26,529 nt of DNA from an uncultured Ruminococcus sp. (GTDB lineage: Bacteria; Bacillota; Clostridia; Oscillospirales; CAG-272): assembly GCA_902796505.1 (NCBI GenBank), contig CADBPA010000182.1, positions 1 through 26,529 of the forward strand, read 5' to 3'. Under the pieces are notes generated by a model. That model was not told the origin of the DNA and ran no database searches. It saw nothing but the letters and a program-made list of their open reading frames with translations. The position numbers were made by a program, and so were the translations under genes. This document shows, in pieces, positions 25,320 through 26,529 of this stretch (its first letter is position 1; every line of letters begins with the position of its first letter).

Positions 25320-26102
25320 TCATTCTTTTTTAAAATTCTGCCGCATGATCTCATAGCCGAACATCGTGACGGCGGAAGCGGCGGACAGAGAGGCTCCGAA
25401 GTCGCGCGCATAGGGGATGCGGACGCGAAGATCGCAGAGGTCGAGCAGTTCGCGCGAGATCCCGCGCCGCTCGCCGCCGGCGATCAGAAGAAGAGGCTTT
25501 TTCAGTTCGGTCGCACCGAGCAGATCGTCGGTGCGCTCATCGGCGCAAAGAATGCGATACCCCCTTGCGCGGAAAAGTTTTGCCGCCGCGGTCGGCTCGG
25601 CGGTGTAGGCGGGGAGCAGCTCGGACGCACCGGCGGAACTGCGGCAAACGACGCCGGCGGCGCTGAACCAGTTACGCCCCGGAAGGATCACGCCGTCCAC
25701 GCCGCAGGCATAAAGCGAGCGGAGCGCGTAACCGAAGTTGTAGGGATCTTCGATCCCTTGGATCAAAGCAAAGAAACCGTTTTCGGGAAGGGAAGTCGTA
25801 TCCTCAAGCGTCGGGATGGTGCGCTTTCCCGCGATCGCGATCAGACCGCCGTTTGACGTTCCGAGCGTCAGTTTTTCGATTTCCTCAGCGCCGCATTCTC
25901 GCAAAGAAAATCTGTATTTTTGCGAAACTGCCCTTAAATATCCGATCTCTTTTATATTTTTTTGTTTTTTCGCTTCGTCATAAAGAACGCTTTCGATCCT
26001 TCTGTCGGAGATGCCGCGGTCGATGGCGGCGATCAGCGCCCGGATCGAAGTCATTCCTTCGAAGACGGTGGAATTCTGAAATTTGATTTCTTCTTTTTGC
26101 AT
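25320..26102 (-). CDS. SpoU/TrmH-family (RlmB-like) RNA 2'-O-methyltransferase
   Basis: IEDPYNFGYALRS (motif 1), AGGERRGIS (motif 2), RIPY...SLSAASA (motif 3), RlmB-like N-terminal domain (FEGMTSIRALI, GTSNGGLIA). Start set at ATG 26102. Confidence 0.88.
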   Translation of the reverse strand: MQKEEIKFQNSTVFEGMTSIRALIAAIDRGISDRRIESVLYDEAKKQKNIKEIGYLRAVSQKYRFSLRECGAEEIEKLTLGTSNGGLIAIAGKRTIPTLEDTTSLPENGFFALIQGIEDPYNFGYALRSLYACGVDGVILPGRNWFSAAGVVCRSSAGASELLPAYTAEPTAAAKLFRARGYRILCADERTDDLLGATELKKPLLLIAGGERRGISRELLDLCDLRVRIPYARDFGASLSAASAVTMFGYEIMRQNFKKE

Positions 26103-26127
26103 TTTCGGAAGATGCCTTTCATATAGT
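26099..26127 (+). promoter_or_regulatory. Sigma-E-type promoter of spoIIID
   Basis: GCATTTT (26099-26105), 14 bp, CATATAGT (26120-26127), against the sigma-E pattern (T/G)CATATT-N14-CATAnAnT. spoIIID is sigma-E-dependent in B. subtilis and C. difficile. Confidence 0.7.
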
Positions 26128-26187
26128 GTAATAACCGAAAAGAGATCGGCGGCAAAGCGGATCACGAAACGGGAAGGAGAAGCGAAC

Positions 26188-26451
26188 GTGAAGAAGATTT
26201 ATCGTGAGCGGTGCGAGGAGATCGCGGGATACGTTCTGGAAAACGGGGCGACCGTCCGATCCGCCGCTCAATACTTCGGGATCAGCAAAAGCACGGTACA
26301 TAAAGATCTCACCGAGAAGCTCGAACGTCTGAATTTCGGGCTTTACGAGGAAGTCAAGAAAGTTCTGGATAAAAACAAGGCGGAACGCCATCTGCGCGGC
26401 GGAGAAGCCACGCGGCGGAAATATCTTCGTCGAAAGGAGCATCCGGGCTGA
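26188..26451 (+). CDS. spoIIID: Stage III sporulation transcriptional regulator SpoIIID
   Basis: ATVRSAAQYFGISKSTVHKDLTEKL and NKAERHLRGGEATRRKY signatures; GTG start after GAAGGAG; 87 aa. Confidence 0.96.
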   Translation: MKKIYRERCEEIAGYVLENGATVRSAAQYFGISKSTVHKDLTEKLERLNFGLYEEVKKVLDKNKAERHLRGGEATRRKYLRRKEHPG

Positions 26452-26479
26452 TTGCGTATCACGTTCATCAACACATCAA

Positions 26480-26508
26480 ATTATAAAGGATTTTCATATT
26501 TTTTTCAA
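26480..26508 (-). promoter_or_regulatory. Sigma-A promoter firing antisense into spoIIID
   Basis: Minus strand: TTGAAA (26508-26503), 17 bp, TATAAT (26485-26480); AT-rich sequence upstream. Confidence 0.8.
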
Positions 26509-26529
26509 GTCCTTTCGCAAAAATTCAAG

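Noticed and set aside
26119-26442. 107-aa minus-strand ORF inside the predicted antisense transcript, stopping at the methylase SD
   Set aside because: It is in the exact antisense codon register of spoIIID and has no SD. It is most likely a shadow, though ribosome profiling of the antisense RNA would settle whether it acts as a leader ORF.

Overview
A GC-rich (visually about 55-60%) chromosomal window from a spore-forming Firmicute, most likely an uncultured Clostridia member, judged from the ylxM-ffh-rpsP-khpA order, the glgB-glgC-glgD-glgA-glgP operon, a dacF-like gene and spoIIID. No mobile element, CRISPR array, prophage or rRNA is visible. In order, the window holds: the 3' end of rpoD/sigA; an orphan solute-binding-like lipoprotein plus an SGNH esterase; tRNA-Gly(TCC) and tRNA-Arg(ACG); rsmA; glpK; khpA-rpsP-ffh-ylxM (minus strand); a glycogen operon ending in a GH13 hydrolase and a shikimate kinase; a DUF624 protein and ybaK (minus); a GNAT; a dacF-like carboxypeptidase; pgi; a small P-loop protein; a Cys-rich putative spore-coat protein; a SpoU/TrmH methyltransferase (minus); and spoIIID. 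The proteins are mostly ordinary, and the interesting signal is regulatory architecture. (1) A near-consensus sigma-A promoter just downstream of spoIIID fires antisense through the whole gene to reach the methyltransferase, head-on with a sigma-E-like spoIIID promoter (excludon-like switch). (2) An anti-Shine-Dalgarno arm would silence dacF on vegetative read-through mRNA but is absent from the mRNA of a sigma-F-like internal promoter. (3) The pgi terminator is built from an 11-bp tandem repeat whose only two substitutions perfect the hairpin. (4) A perfect 20-bp palindrome buries the khpA ribosome-binding site. All product calls come from motif recognition by eye; no database search was run.
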